A stretch of 44,467 bases of DNA, taken from positions 2,084-46,550 of the forward strand of contig PFBJ01000004.1 of NCBI GenBank assembly GCA_002778575.1, given 5' to 3'. Within the stretch, counting starts at the first letter, position 1; each line of letters opens with the position of its first letter. The translations under genes were made by a program, and so were the position numbers. Under the pieces are notes generated by a model. The model made no database searches and was not told the DNA's origin. It saw nothing but the letters and a program-made list of their open reading frames with translations. This document shows, piece after piece, positions 9,668 to 17,396 of this stretch. Source of the stretch: Candidatus Kaiserbacteria bacterium CG10_big_fil_rev_8_21_14_0_10_49_17. Its GTDB lineage: Bacteria > Patescibacteriota > Minisyncoccia > Phycocordibacterales > JABMNX01.

Positions 9668-10342
9668 ATGGCATTACGACCATTAATGACTCTATTCGCA
9701 CTTGGTGCGCTTGTCATAGCTCTATCAGTTGCAATTGACACGGGCACTACAGGTAGCATGCGTGAAGCGGGACAAACGTCTGTTGAAGTTGGTGTCGCGG
9801 CCACGTCTCCACACGGAGATGGATATGTTATTCCTGCTTCGTGCGGCTCTCCACATACTGGTGATTTGTGTACACCTCCAACATTTAACTGCTCCCCTGA
9901 CGCTATAAACGAAGGCGCGGCCATCACGTGCTCGTGGCAGTGTGATAGCTCCACATCAAGCGCCGGGGTAAACTTTTCAACCGGTGGCGCCACCTCTGGC
10001 TCAGTAAATCTCACACCAAACACTAGCACCACATACACTGTTCAGTGCTCAAATGGCGGACAAGCGTCAGAGAGTGTCACAGTTCTTAATCCCGACCTCT
10101 CAATTACTGCAACTCCAGTACAAGTACGCTTCGGTGACACATCGACTATTGTCTGGGAAGCGACTGAAGTAAACAGTTGTTCGGTAACTGGTCCGAATTT
10201 CAGTGCATCTGGAACCTCTGGCAGTCAAGGTACTGGCTCAGTGACTCAAGAGAGCACGTATACGCTTTCCTGCTCAACCGACGGTGGTACGGTTTCAGAA
10301 TCAGTAACCATACGACTTATTCCGGCATTTGAAGAATTTTAG
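9668..10342 (+). CDS. Secreted Ser/Thr/Cys-rich protein with two Ig-like beta-sandwich repeats
   Basis: N-terminal TM; two repeats of T(i/c)xW...C...NFS.SG...SG...TYT(v/l)xC; C-terminal IPAFEEF. TATACT 9 nt upstream of ATG 9668. Confidence 0.7.
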   Translation: MALRPLMTLFALGALVIALSVAIDTGTTGSMREAGQTSVEVGVAATSPHGDGYVIPASCGSPHTGDLCTPPTFNCSPDAINEGAAITCSWQCDSSTSSAGVNFSTGGATSGSVNLTPNTSTTYTVQCSNGGQASESVTVLNPDLSITATPVQVRFGDTSTIVWEATEVNSCSVTGPNFSASGTSGSQGTGSVTQESTYTLSCSTDGGTVSESVTIRLIPAFEEF

Positions 10343-10391
10343 AAATCTCCTAAAGGAGCGCGGGTAAAAATTTCCGCGGCAAGAATGCATG

Positions 10392-10423
10392 GAGGCGCCT
10401 TCTGAAAAGGCGCCTCTTTTTTT
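10392..10423. terminator. Terminator hairpin between convergent genes
   Basis: GAGGCGCCTT-ctgaa-AAGGCGCCTC followed by T7. Confidence 0.75.
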
Positions 10424-10733
10424 ATCGGTGCCGGCGGTGATGCCGACCACGCCTGTGATGATGTCGCCAATAGTGACGGCGGCGATTCTGCCATTGGTAT
10501 TGCTGAATGATACCTGGCACGACACGCAGGAACATGTCGAGTGCTGGGTTGTACTCGTCGTTGCGGTAGCGATACCCGTGCCAGCGCCGGTAACACCGGC
10601 GTACCCACCCGTAGTAGCTGTGGTAGGTGTTGTAGCACCGCATGTAGTAGCCGGCATTAGCCGGAGTGGCTGTCACTGGAGCAAAAACAAGCAAGCCAGC
10701 AACAATAGCGCACGCACTGAGAATCCGCTTCAT
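10422..10733 (-). CDS. Small secreted Tyr/Arg/His-rich cationic protein
   Basis: Signal peptide ending TPANA; strong SD AAGGAGG; one Cys pair; RRRHYWRHHHRRGRHHRRHR tail. Confidence 0.7.
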   Translation of the reverse strand: MKRILSACAIVAGLLVFAPVTATPANAGYYMRCYNTYHSYYGWVRRCYRRWHGYRYRNDEYNPALDMFLRVVPGIIQQYQWQNRRRHYWRHHHRRGRHHRRHR

Positions 10734-10807
10734 CTCATTCCTCCTTCAATCTCAGCTCTTTGTTAATCGTACCTTTTTAGGAAACTTGTGGTAGTTATTT
10801 ATAAACA

Positions 10808-10836
10808 TTGACCTCGATACATTTCTCAACTACAGT
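10808..10836 (+). promoter_or_regulatory. sigma70-type promoter
   Basis: TTGACC-17 nt-TACAGT. Confidence 0.55.
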
Positions 10837-10863
10837 TGCCCGAGGTTAATTAGGGAGTGAAAA

Positions 10864-11118
10864 ATGAGCGTTTCCCCTTGCGCGGGGCACCCGTGCGATT
10901 GCAATTCCTGCGTCTTTTCAAGTACTGGCATCACGAAACCGGCGCACAGCACAGTGGTAGTTGCGCGCGAAGTGTACGGTTGTGTTAAGGGTTTCGGTGA
11001 TGTACTCCACAATGGCAGTACCCTCGGGCAGATGCGAGGCAAGGCATTTCACCCCATCTCGCCTGAAGGTGCAGCATTTCTGCGAGAGAGTAAGAATCCG
11101 CTTGCCAGACACGCATAA
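10864..11118 (+). CDS. Hypothetical 84-aa protein with N-terminal Cys cluster
   Basis: Framed by a promoter (10808), SD-like GGGAG and a terminator (11124); CAGHPCDCNSC. Confidence 0.55.
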   Translation: MSVSPCAGHPCDCNSCVFSSTGITKPAHSTVVVAREVYGCVKGFGDVLHNGSTLGQMRGKAFHPISPEGAAFLRESKNPLARHA

Positions 11119-11123
11119 GTAAT

Positions 11124-11152
11124 ACGGCGACCCCTTAGGGTCGCCGTTTTTT
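11124..11152. terminator. Terminator hairpin between convergent genes
   Basis: ACGGCGACCC-ctta-GGGTCGCCGT followed by a T-run. Confidence 0.75.
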
Positions 11153-11690
11153 ATGAATTATTCGCCACAGTATCACTTCGGGGGAACTTCCCGAGAATCA
11201 CACGAATTCGTGATCCGCGAATTCGTGCCTCCAGTTTTTTCCAGTCCGCATTGTGCATGCGAATACACCCAGAGGAGACACGTTTGCCAATCTTGCTTGG
11301 CTGATTGGTGCCATGGATGCCAACCATATTATCCCCACGTCCCGAGAACCGGAGAACGAAGAAACCGACTCCGAGCGGATTTGCCGGCCCAGGCGGCACT
11401 GCTCTGCAGTGGCCGGTGCGCCGGCAGATATTGGCAGTTGGCACCCACGTCGGCCGGTACAGTGTGCGCACAACGCGCCCCACGGCCGGTAAGTAGCTTG
11501 GCATATAGTACGGAAGCGCCACCGGATAGCGGGCAACTTGCTGCCCATCGCTGTCATGAAGTGTGAGGAAACCCTCCGGCCCCTCATAGTGCACGCGAAT
11601 CGTATAATCCCAAGAATCGGCAATCACAATCTGTGGGAAGAGCACAAAAAGGAAAATTGCTGCAACAAAAAGTACGATTCGACGCATCAT
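11151..11690 (-). CDS. L,D-transpeptidase (YkuD/ErfK family)
   Basis: Signal peptide; PTWVPT, VPPGPANPLG, GIHGTN...SSGCIRM catalytic His/Cys motif; SD GAGGAGG. Confidence 0.9.
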   Translation of the reverse strand: MMRRIVLFVAAIFLFVLFPQIVIADSWDYTIRVHYEGPEGFLTLHDSDGQQVARYPVALPYYMPSYLPAVGRVVRTLYRPTWVPTANICRRTGHCRAVPPGPANPLGVGFFVLRFSGRGDNMVGIHGTNQPSKIGKRVSSGCIRMHNADWKKLEARIRGSRIRVILGKFPRSDTVANNS

Positions 11691-11795
11691 CTCCTCCTCT
11701 ATTGATGGTCTGTATCGACCCTACCAATAGAGAGGCCTCGTGTCGAGTGATATACTCTCACTATTGTAAGTAAAACCTATAGCGTAGGACTATTT

Positions 11796-12245
11796 ATGTA
11801 CACAAAGCAAGGCATCGCATTGTTTCTTTTCTCTCTTGCCGGAACCCTTTTTGCAGGCTACCTCTCTATTGGCAAGTTAATCTCTTCCCGGTGTGTCATT
11901 GACTCGGGGTGCTCATATTTCCTTGGCTATCCTACGTGCTACTACGGCTTTGCACTGTTTTTTACGCTTTTTATCCTCTCTTTCATTACCCTTATGAACG
12001 GTGCGCGCGCCTCACAAAACCTTCTAAAGTGTATCGTTATTATCGCGGGTATTGGTATTCTCTTCTCTGGGTACTTTAGCGCGATCGAAGTCACTCCAAT
12101 GATTACTGAGGGTATTCGCTACAGCCTCTTCTTCCCAACGTGTGTGTACGGATTAGTCTTCTACATACTCATTGCTTGCACAGCGTGGCAAAGAAAGAGC
12201 ACGAAGAAAGCAGAGAATCCTCAGCCTGTTCAGGACGAGGTTTAA
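11796..12245 (+). CDS. 4-TM membrane protein, VKOR/disulfide-formation-like
   Basis: G.LFAGYLS, loop C-x5-C (CVIDSGC), FLGYPTCYYG, GILFSGYFSAIE. The canonical CxxC is replaced by PTCVYG. Confidence 0.55.
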   Translation: MYTKQGIALFLFSLAGTLFAGYLSIGKLISSRCVIDSGCSYFLGYPTCYYGFALFFTLFILSFITLMNGARASQNLLKCIVIIAGIGILFSGYFSAIEVTPMITEGIRYSLFFPTCVYGLVFYILIACTAWQRKSTKKAENPQPVQDEV

Positions 12246-12362
12246 GCACACCACCTTGACACAATAGGGGCGATTGTGTTAGGGTACACGAGTATCAAAG
12301 ACGCGTGGATGAGGTCGTATCCTTCCTGACGCTTTGATTTTATTGAAAAGCAATTCGACACA

Positions 12363-12569
12363 ATGACTCAAGGAAAGATTGCACGACTCACTGACCGTGG
12401 GTACGGCTTCATCACTCCAGAAGGAGGAGACAAGGATCTCTTCTTTCACGCAAATGAGCTTCAGAATGTACGATTTGACGAACTGCACGAAGGTGACGCT
12501 GTTACTTTCGAGATTGCTGAGAGCGACAAAGGCCCTCAAGCACAGAACGTCTCTCGTGCTGAAGCGTAA
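12363..12569 (+). CDS. csp: Cold-shock protein
   Basis: RGYGFI (RNP1), DLFFHANEL (RNP2), KGPQAQNV. Confidence 0.95.
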   Translation: MTQGKIARLTDRGYGFITPEGGDKDLFFHANELQNVRFDELHEGDAVTFEIAESDKGPQAQNVSRAEA

Positions 12570-12584
12570 GGCATAGCGAGAATG

Positions 12585-12623
12585 AAAAGAAACACCCGGC
12601 CTAAAAGGCCGGGTGTTTCTTTT
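12585..12623. terminator. Intrinsic terminator after csp
   Basis: 18-bp perfect arms AAAAGAAACACCCGGCCT-aaa-AGGCCGGGTGTTTCTTTT. Confidence 0.85.
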
Positions 12624-12686
12624 TGGTCTTGACATAAAACTGGGGATTGTTTTAATTGCTGTGGTCTCACGAAAGAGGAGGAAATC

Positions 12687-13082
12687 GTGACCATTCGGAA
12701 GCTATTCTTTGGAGCGATTGGCGCCATGGCAATCGTTCTCTCCACCCTGACAGCAACCGCAACACCGGCGCGTGCCGACTGCTACCGTCCCAACTGCTGG
12801 GGCGCAATCGCGTTTAACCGCTACACGCATTCGTGGGGACGGGCGCTCAACTACCCCAACATGTGGAGTGCCCGCAATGCGGCCAACTACCGCTGTTCTG
12901 GGAGCTGCATCGTCATTCACTTCCGCAATGCGTGCGGGGCGGTGTACGTCTCCGGAAATGGTTACGGATGGGCTACCCGCGCTTACCACAACTCGGCCAA
13001 AAGCGCCGCGTACTGGTCCTGCCGGCAGCGCAACGGCTACTGCAGTTTCCTGCTTTCCGGATGCACCGCACGGCAATTCTGA
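12687..13082 (+). CDS. Secreted Cys-rich DUF4189-like protein
   Basis: Signal ending TPARA; WGAIA...WG.A.NY..A..AA..C...C...FRNACGA...A..AA..C....C; SD GAGGAGG before GTG; TTGACA at 12629. Confidence 0.8.
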   Translation: MTIRKLFFGAIGAMAIVLSTLTATATPARADCYRPNCWGAIAFNRYTHSWGRALNYPNMWSARNAANYRCSGSCIVIHFRNACGAVYVSGNGYGWATRAYHNSAKSAAYWSCRQRNGYCSFLLSGCTARQF

Positions 13083-13098
13083 CCCCGTGTGGCATTGG

Positions 13099-13126
13099 CG
13101 GCCGTCTCGCATGAGACGGCCGTTTT
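13099..13126 (+). terminator. Intrinsic terminator
   Basis: CGGCCGTCTC-gcat-GAGACGGCCG-TTTT. Confidence 0.75.
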
Positions 13127-13168
13127 CTTTAACCACCCGAGTCACCGTAGAATCAGCTCAATTCATTT

Positions 13169-13627
13169 TTACTTTTGTTTTTTGGTTTTTGTTTTTGTCT
13201 TCTGTTTTCGTTTTTTAAGCTTTCCCTTCCCGTCACAGTGCCCGCAACTGCAGTGCGGAAAGACGTACTCCTTACAGTATTCCTTCCCGTAATCATACGA
13301 GAGCTCCTCCCCCGCTTCAATCGTTCGTTTCGCGTAGATAAAGACCCGCCTGCCGTCTATCTCTGCCTCGCAATTGGGTTTGCAGGAATGGTTAATGTAG
13401 CGCGCCTTGTTGTAGCGCGGTGCACCGTCTATCGTCCACTTTTTATCTATATCGAAAAGGTACTTTGTGCCTCGTTCATCTGCTTCTTCTGTCGTAATAC
13501 GCTCGCCGCCGTACTCAATAACGAATGCGTCTTTTTTGATTGGTACACTCGTAAAAAGCCCGAGACCAGCGGGTGGTTGTGAGCGCTTTGTGTGCAATCC
13601 TTTATGCTCCTTCCGGAATTTTTTCAT
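13169..13627 (-). CDS. SET-domain protein-lysine methyltransferase
   Basis: GLGLF, FVIEYGGE, ARYINHSCKPNC, GEELSYDYG, post-SET CSCGHC; Lys-rich tail. Confidence 0.9.
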   Translation of the reverse strand: MKKFRKEHKGLHTKRSQPPAGLGLFTSVPIKKDAFVIEYGGERITTEEADERGTKYLFDIDKKWTIDGAPRYNKARYINHSCKPNCEAEIDGRRVFIYAKRTIEAGEELSYDYGKEYCKEYVFPHCSCGHCDGKGKLKKRKQKTKTKTKKQK

Positions 13628-14285
13628 TATTCTGAAATCGCTTTATGTGCACGATAAGCATAATAGCAGTAAATGCTGAGGCTCCAAGAGTAATGTGCCA
13701 CAGAAGATGCGTACCAAATGGCACATACTGGCACACCAGAAAATCAATCGTACGCATCGCCGCTGCGAAAAGTGCAAGCGTGACGGCGCAAAGACCAATT
13801 ACAGCGGCGCGCTTCCCGTACTTCCGCAACGTACCCCACAAGAGAAGAATGCTAAAGAAAAGAATAGAGCCGTAGAGGACGACGAATGGAGAGACTGTGC
13901 CAGTAAATGAGAGGGATGAAAATGCAAAAGCCTGAATGCCGAGAAGAATGAGTGGCGCCAAGAAGCCGATGAGCCGCCCCGAAACGAGCGCACCCCAACA
14001 GAACACGAGAAAGAGCAGGAAAAGCACCCCAGGAAATACATCAAAAGACAGCGCCCAGCCGCTACGAAGCCCGTGCCAGAGCGTACTGCCAATGCCGGTA
14101 GCTAAGAGAAGGAAAGAGAGGATCCAAAGCTCCCACGCGCGTGGGGACGTGCGCCAAACAATGTAAAGCGCCAAGAGGCCGAGGAACATTGTCGGAAAAT
14201 TTGAAATAGTATTTATGAATTCCACAGGAAATGAATACACTCCCGTAAGCGGCGTCTCGCAATACTGCGGTCCAGTATGTGGCAT
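13602..14285 (-). CDS. CREST-superfamily 7-TM hydrolase (alkaline-ceramidase-like)
   Basis: YCE...EFINTISN, GIGSTLWHG (SxxxH), D, HLLWH (HxxxH) zinc-binding motifs. Confidence 0.75.
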   Translation of the reverse strand: MPHTGPQYCETPLTGVYSFPVEFINTISNFPTMFLGLLALYIVWRTSPRAWELWILSFLLLATGIGSTLWHGLRSGWALSFDVFPGVLFLLFLVFCWGALVSGRLIGFLAPLILLGIQAFAFSSLSFTGTVSPFVVLYGSILFFSILLLWGTLRKYGKRAAVIGLCAVTLALFAAAMRTIDFLVCQYVPFGTHLLWHITLGASAFTAIMLIVHIKRFQNNEKIPEGA

Positions 14286-14364
14286 ACGGTGCAGTATAGC
14301 AGGAAGTTGACCAGTACTTCTTCCGTGCTACTATCGTCAAAGGTAGTAATCGAGGGAGGTACCT

Positions 14365-14673
14365 GTGTCCAAACCGTTTCCACACTCCGTGCTCGATATC
14401 ATCGAGTCACTCTGTTCCGGCAGTGAAATCGAATTTGCCGCTTACGGCGAATTACTCTCGAGAACCGAGCTTACCGACGAAGAGCTGCTCGAGGCCCGAG
14501 AAGTTGTTGTCAAAAAGGCCGAGGAGAACAACTGGTCGCTTGATCCGTACGCCGGCTTTCTCGCCCACTGCGAACGGGCAGACGGTGAGAAGGTCACATA
14601 CCGTGGCTCGCGTGGAGGCTGGGCCGATGCTCCGCTTTTGGAGAGCCTTTCTCCACCGCGCGTGACGGAATAA
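14365..14673 (+). CDS. Hypothetical acidic protein
   Basis: TTGACC-16-TACTAT (14307-14334), SD GGGAGG before GTG, GC hairpin at 14684-14702 after the stop. Confidence 0.6.
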   Translation: MSKPFPHSVLDIIESLCSGSEIEFAAYGELLSRTELTDEELLEAREVVVKKAEENNWSLDPYAGFLAHCERADGEKVTYRGSRGGWADAPLLESLSPPRVTE

Positions 14674-14753
14674 TTTTTTTGAGGGGCGAGCACGGCTCGC
14701 CCTTTCGTTTTGCCCTTTCACTCCTTCTCACAAGTAGAAAAGTGTGTGAAAAT

Positions 14754-14987
14754 ATGCGTATGGAAGCATTTCTCGCGGCATTTTCTCTGAGTATAGAAGC
14801 ACTCTGGTACGTCTTTTTTGCAGTGATCCTTTTTTATGCCATTTACTCCGCCATACTGCTCTACCACTGGGTACGCTATAGCATGAGCGCGTCCGGCTCG
14901 CTTATCGCCACTTTTGTGTACTTCGGGGTAAGTCTGCCACTCATATTCACTCTCTTGATTGCGACAGTAAATCTCACCGCCGTATGA
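14754..14987 (+). CDS. Small 2-TM membrane protein
   Basis: Hydrophobic, with YSAILLYHW.RY; ATGA overlap with the next gene. Confidence 0.65.
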   Translation: MRMEAFLAAFSLSIEALWYVFFAVILFYAIYSAILLYHWVRYSMSASGSLIATFVYFGVSLPLIFTLLIATVNLTAV

Positions 14988-15535
14988 TACACCTGCAAGA
15001 AAATGAGGAGGTGCTCCTGCGGTGCCGCAAGCACTGGTTTATACTCCTGCGCGACTCTCTTTTGCCGTGTATTGTATACATTCTCCCTTTTATTTTTATT
15101 GAAGTATTCCCGACAATATATACGAACGGTTTCCGCACCTCTCTCCCTGAAATTCCGGCAACGACCGCTGCATTTCTCGTCTCGCTCTGGTCGCTCCTCC
15201 TGTTTATGAAGCTCGCAGGTATTTGGACAAATTACTATCTTGATATTTGGATAATTACCGACAGACGCATCATAGACATTGACCAACGAACGTTCTTTAG
15301 CCGGGAAGTTGCGACGCTGCGAATGGAGCGAGTCCAGGATGTGACGTATGAGATCCACGGCTTTATCGCCACCATGCTAAACTTCGGGAACATTCATGTC
15401 CAAACAGCCGGCGAAGAATCCGAATTTATCGCGCGCAATATCCCGAATCCTGAGAAGGTAAAACAGAAAATTCTCGAGAAAGTAGACGCAATTACTGAAG
15501 ATTCGATTACCCGTGCCAGACAGACGCGCGCCTGA
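14984..15535 (+). CDS. Membrane protein with bacterial PH domain (bPH_2-like)
   Basis: L...E.V....RKHW, 2 TM, WIITDRRIIDIDQ..FF.R, VQDV, FGNIHVQTAG, IPNPEKV. Confidence 0.8.
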   Translation: MIHLQENEEVLLRCRKHWFILLRDSLLPCIVYILPFIFIEVFPTIYTNGFRTSLPEIPATTAAFLVSLWSLLLFMKLAGIWTNYYLDIWIITDRRIIDIDQRTFFSREVATLRMERVQDVTYEIHGFIATMLNFGNIHVQTAGEESEFIARNIPNPEKVKQKILEKVDAITEDSITRARQTRA

Positions 15536-15557
15536 TTTTTCTGGTATAGTACTGCCA

Positions 15558-16805
15558 ATGAGCGAAAAGCTTTCCACAGAACCATACAAAGGGGTGCGCG
15601 ACTTTTACCCAGAGGAGCAGTTTGTGCACAACTACATACGTGAGACGATGGCCGCGGTTGCGGAGAGTTTCGGCTACAGTGAATACTCGGCGTCCATCCT
15701 CGAACCCTCTGAACTGTACAGCTCAAAAGGTGCGGCGAATGAGGAAATCGTCAATGAGCAGACATACACATTTACTGACCGAGGCAAGCGGCAAGTGACT
15801 CTGCGCCCCGAGATGACACCAACTGTTGCTCGCATGCTTGCCGCGAAACGCCGGGAACTTGCTTTCCCGCTTCGGTGGTACTCAGTGCCGAATGTATTTC
15901 GCTACGAGCGCCCGCAACGCGGACGGTTGCGAGAGCACTGGCAGTTAAATTGCGATATATTTGGCGTCACTGAAGTTACTGCAGAAGCTGAAATTATTTC
16001 ACTCGCCTCAGCGCTCATGCATGCATTCGGCGCAACAAGTGAAGATTTCGAAATACGAATAAGCGACCGAGCGCTCCTTGAATCTATTTTTACGGAGCTT
16101 TCAGTTACGGGTGACGAGAAGGCCACTGTGATGCGCCTCCTTGATAAGCGGGCAAAAACCGAAAACTTTATGAATGCCCTCACTGAAGTGCTCGGCGAGA
16201 GGGCACGCGAGCTTGATGACCGCCTCTCTCGCGCAAGCTCAAGCACGGCACTCGAGTCCCTCCTCTCTACCCTCAATGAGCGCGGCATCCACAATGTGTC
16301 TATAGACACCTCTATTGTGCGGGGCTTTGACTACTACACCGGTATTGTTTTTGAAGTTTTTGACACTGCCAGCGAGAATAACCGCTCTCTGTTCGGCGGG
16401 GGGAGGTACGACAACCTCACTTCACTTTTTGATACTGAACCCTTGCCGGCGGTCGGTTTCGGTATGGGTGACGTGACCGTGCGCGACTTTCTTGAAACGC
16501 ACAACCTCCTGCCTGAGTACTCCTCGTCAACTGATCTCTACCTTTGCTCCGCAAGCGACGACGTTGCGGAGTACATCGAGGAAGTCGCGAGAGAGCTTCG
16601 CAGCGAAGGTCTTAATGTCGAGGTAAATCTGTTGGATAAAAAAGTCGGCGAGCAGATAAAGTTAGCCGACAAAAAGAAAATTCCATTCGTTATGTGTATT
16701 GGAAAAGATGAGGCAGAAAGCGGTACCTTTTCTTTAAAACACCTTGCAAGCGGAGAGGAAAAAGAAGTGGGACTCAAAGAAATCGCCACCGCCATTTTCT
16801 CTTAA
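15558..16805 (+). CDS. hisS: Histidine--tRNA ligase
   Basis: YKGVRDFYP, LRPEMTPTVAR, FRYERPQRGRLREHWQ, VRGFDYYTG, GGGRYDNL, PAVGFGMG. Confidence 0.97.
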   Translation: MSEKLSTEPYKGVRDFYPEEQFVHNYIRETMAAVAESFGYSEYSASILEPSELYSSKGAANEEIVNEQTYTFTDRGKRQVTLRPEMTPTVARMLAAKRRELAFPLRWYSVPNVFRYERPQRGRLREHWQLNCDIFGVTEVTAEAEIISLASALMHAFGATSEDFEIRISDRALLESIFTELSVTGDEKATVMRLLDKRAKTENFMNALTEVLGERARELDDRLSRASSSTALESLLSTLNERGIHNVSIDTSIVRGFDYYTGIVFEVFDTASENNRSLFGGGRYDNLTSLFDTEPLPAVGFGMGDVTVRDFLETHNLLPEYSSSTDLYLCSASDDVAEYIEEVARELRSEGLNVEVNLLDKKVGEQIKLADKKKIPFVMCIGKDEAESGTFSLKHLASGEEKEVGLKEIATAIFS

Positions 16806-16820
16806 CAAAGCCACGTTTTT

Positions 16821-17396
16821 ATGCGCACTATTGTTTTTGATATTGAGACCTCAAATGAGTTTAGCGATGTCGGGTCATTCGACCCCTCGGCGCTTGATAT
16901 CTCTGTCGTGGGGGTCTATGACTCGAAAACCGACTCGTACCGAGCGTACCTTCTTGATGAACTCCCAGATCTGTGGCCGGTGCTTGAGAGTGCAGACGTG
17001 CTTGTCGGCTACAATTCTGACCACTTCGACGTGCCGCTTCTCAACAAGTACTACACCGGTGATTTAACACGTATTAAGAGCGTCGATTTGCTTCGCGAAA
17101 TCAAGAATTCACTCGGACGACGATTGAAGCTCGACTCGGTAGCTGAAGCGACACTTGGTGTGAATAAGAGCGGCCACGGCCTTGAAGCATTGAAGTGGTG
17201 GCGAAATGGCGAAGTAGAGAAAGTAAAGCAGTACTGTCTTGATGATGTGCGAATTACGAAAGACCTGTACGAGTATGCGCTAAAGCACGGTCACTTAAAG
17301 TTTAAAGACTGGGATAAAGTCCAAGAGATACCGCTTGATACCTCACACTGGGAGACAGGAGGTGACAGCAAAATGACGCACACACTGCCCTTTTAA
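16821..17396 (+). CDS. DEDD 3'-5' exonuclease, RNase_H_2/YprB-like
   Basis: VFDIET, VGYNSDHFDVP, YCLDDV. Confidence 0.85.
   Translation: MRTIVFDIETSNEFSDVGSFDPSALDISVVGVYDSKTDSYRAYLLDELPDLWPVLESADVLVGYNSDHFDVPLLNKYYTGDLTRIKSVDLLREIKNSLGRRLKLDSVAEATLGVNKSGHGLEALKWWRNGEVEKVKQYCLDDVRITKDLYEYALKHGHLKFKDWDKVQEIPLDTSHWETGGDSKMTHTLPF

Noticed and set aside
10301-10766. Alternative ORFs 10301-10657, 10339-10638 and 10389-10766
   Set aside because: They overlap 10422-10733, which alone has an SD, a signal peptide and a terminator at its end.
10392-14702. Integron cassette array
   Set aside because: No intI. The hairpins are short GC terminators without RYYYAAC/GTTRRRY attC ends, the genes have their own promoters, and orientation is mixed.
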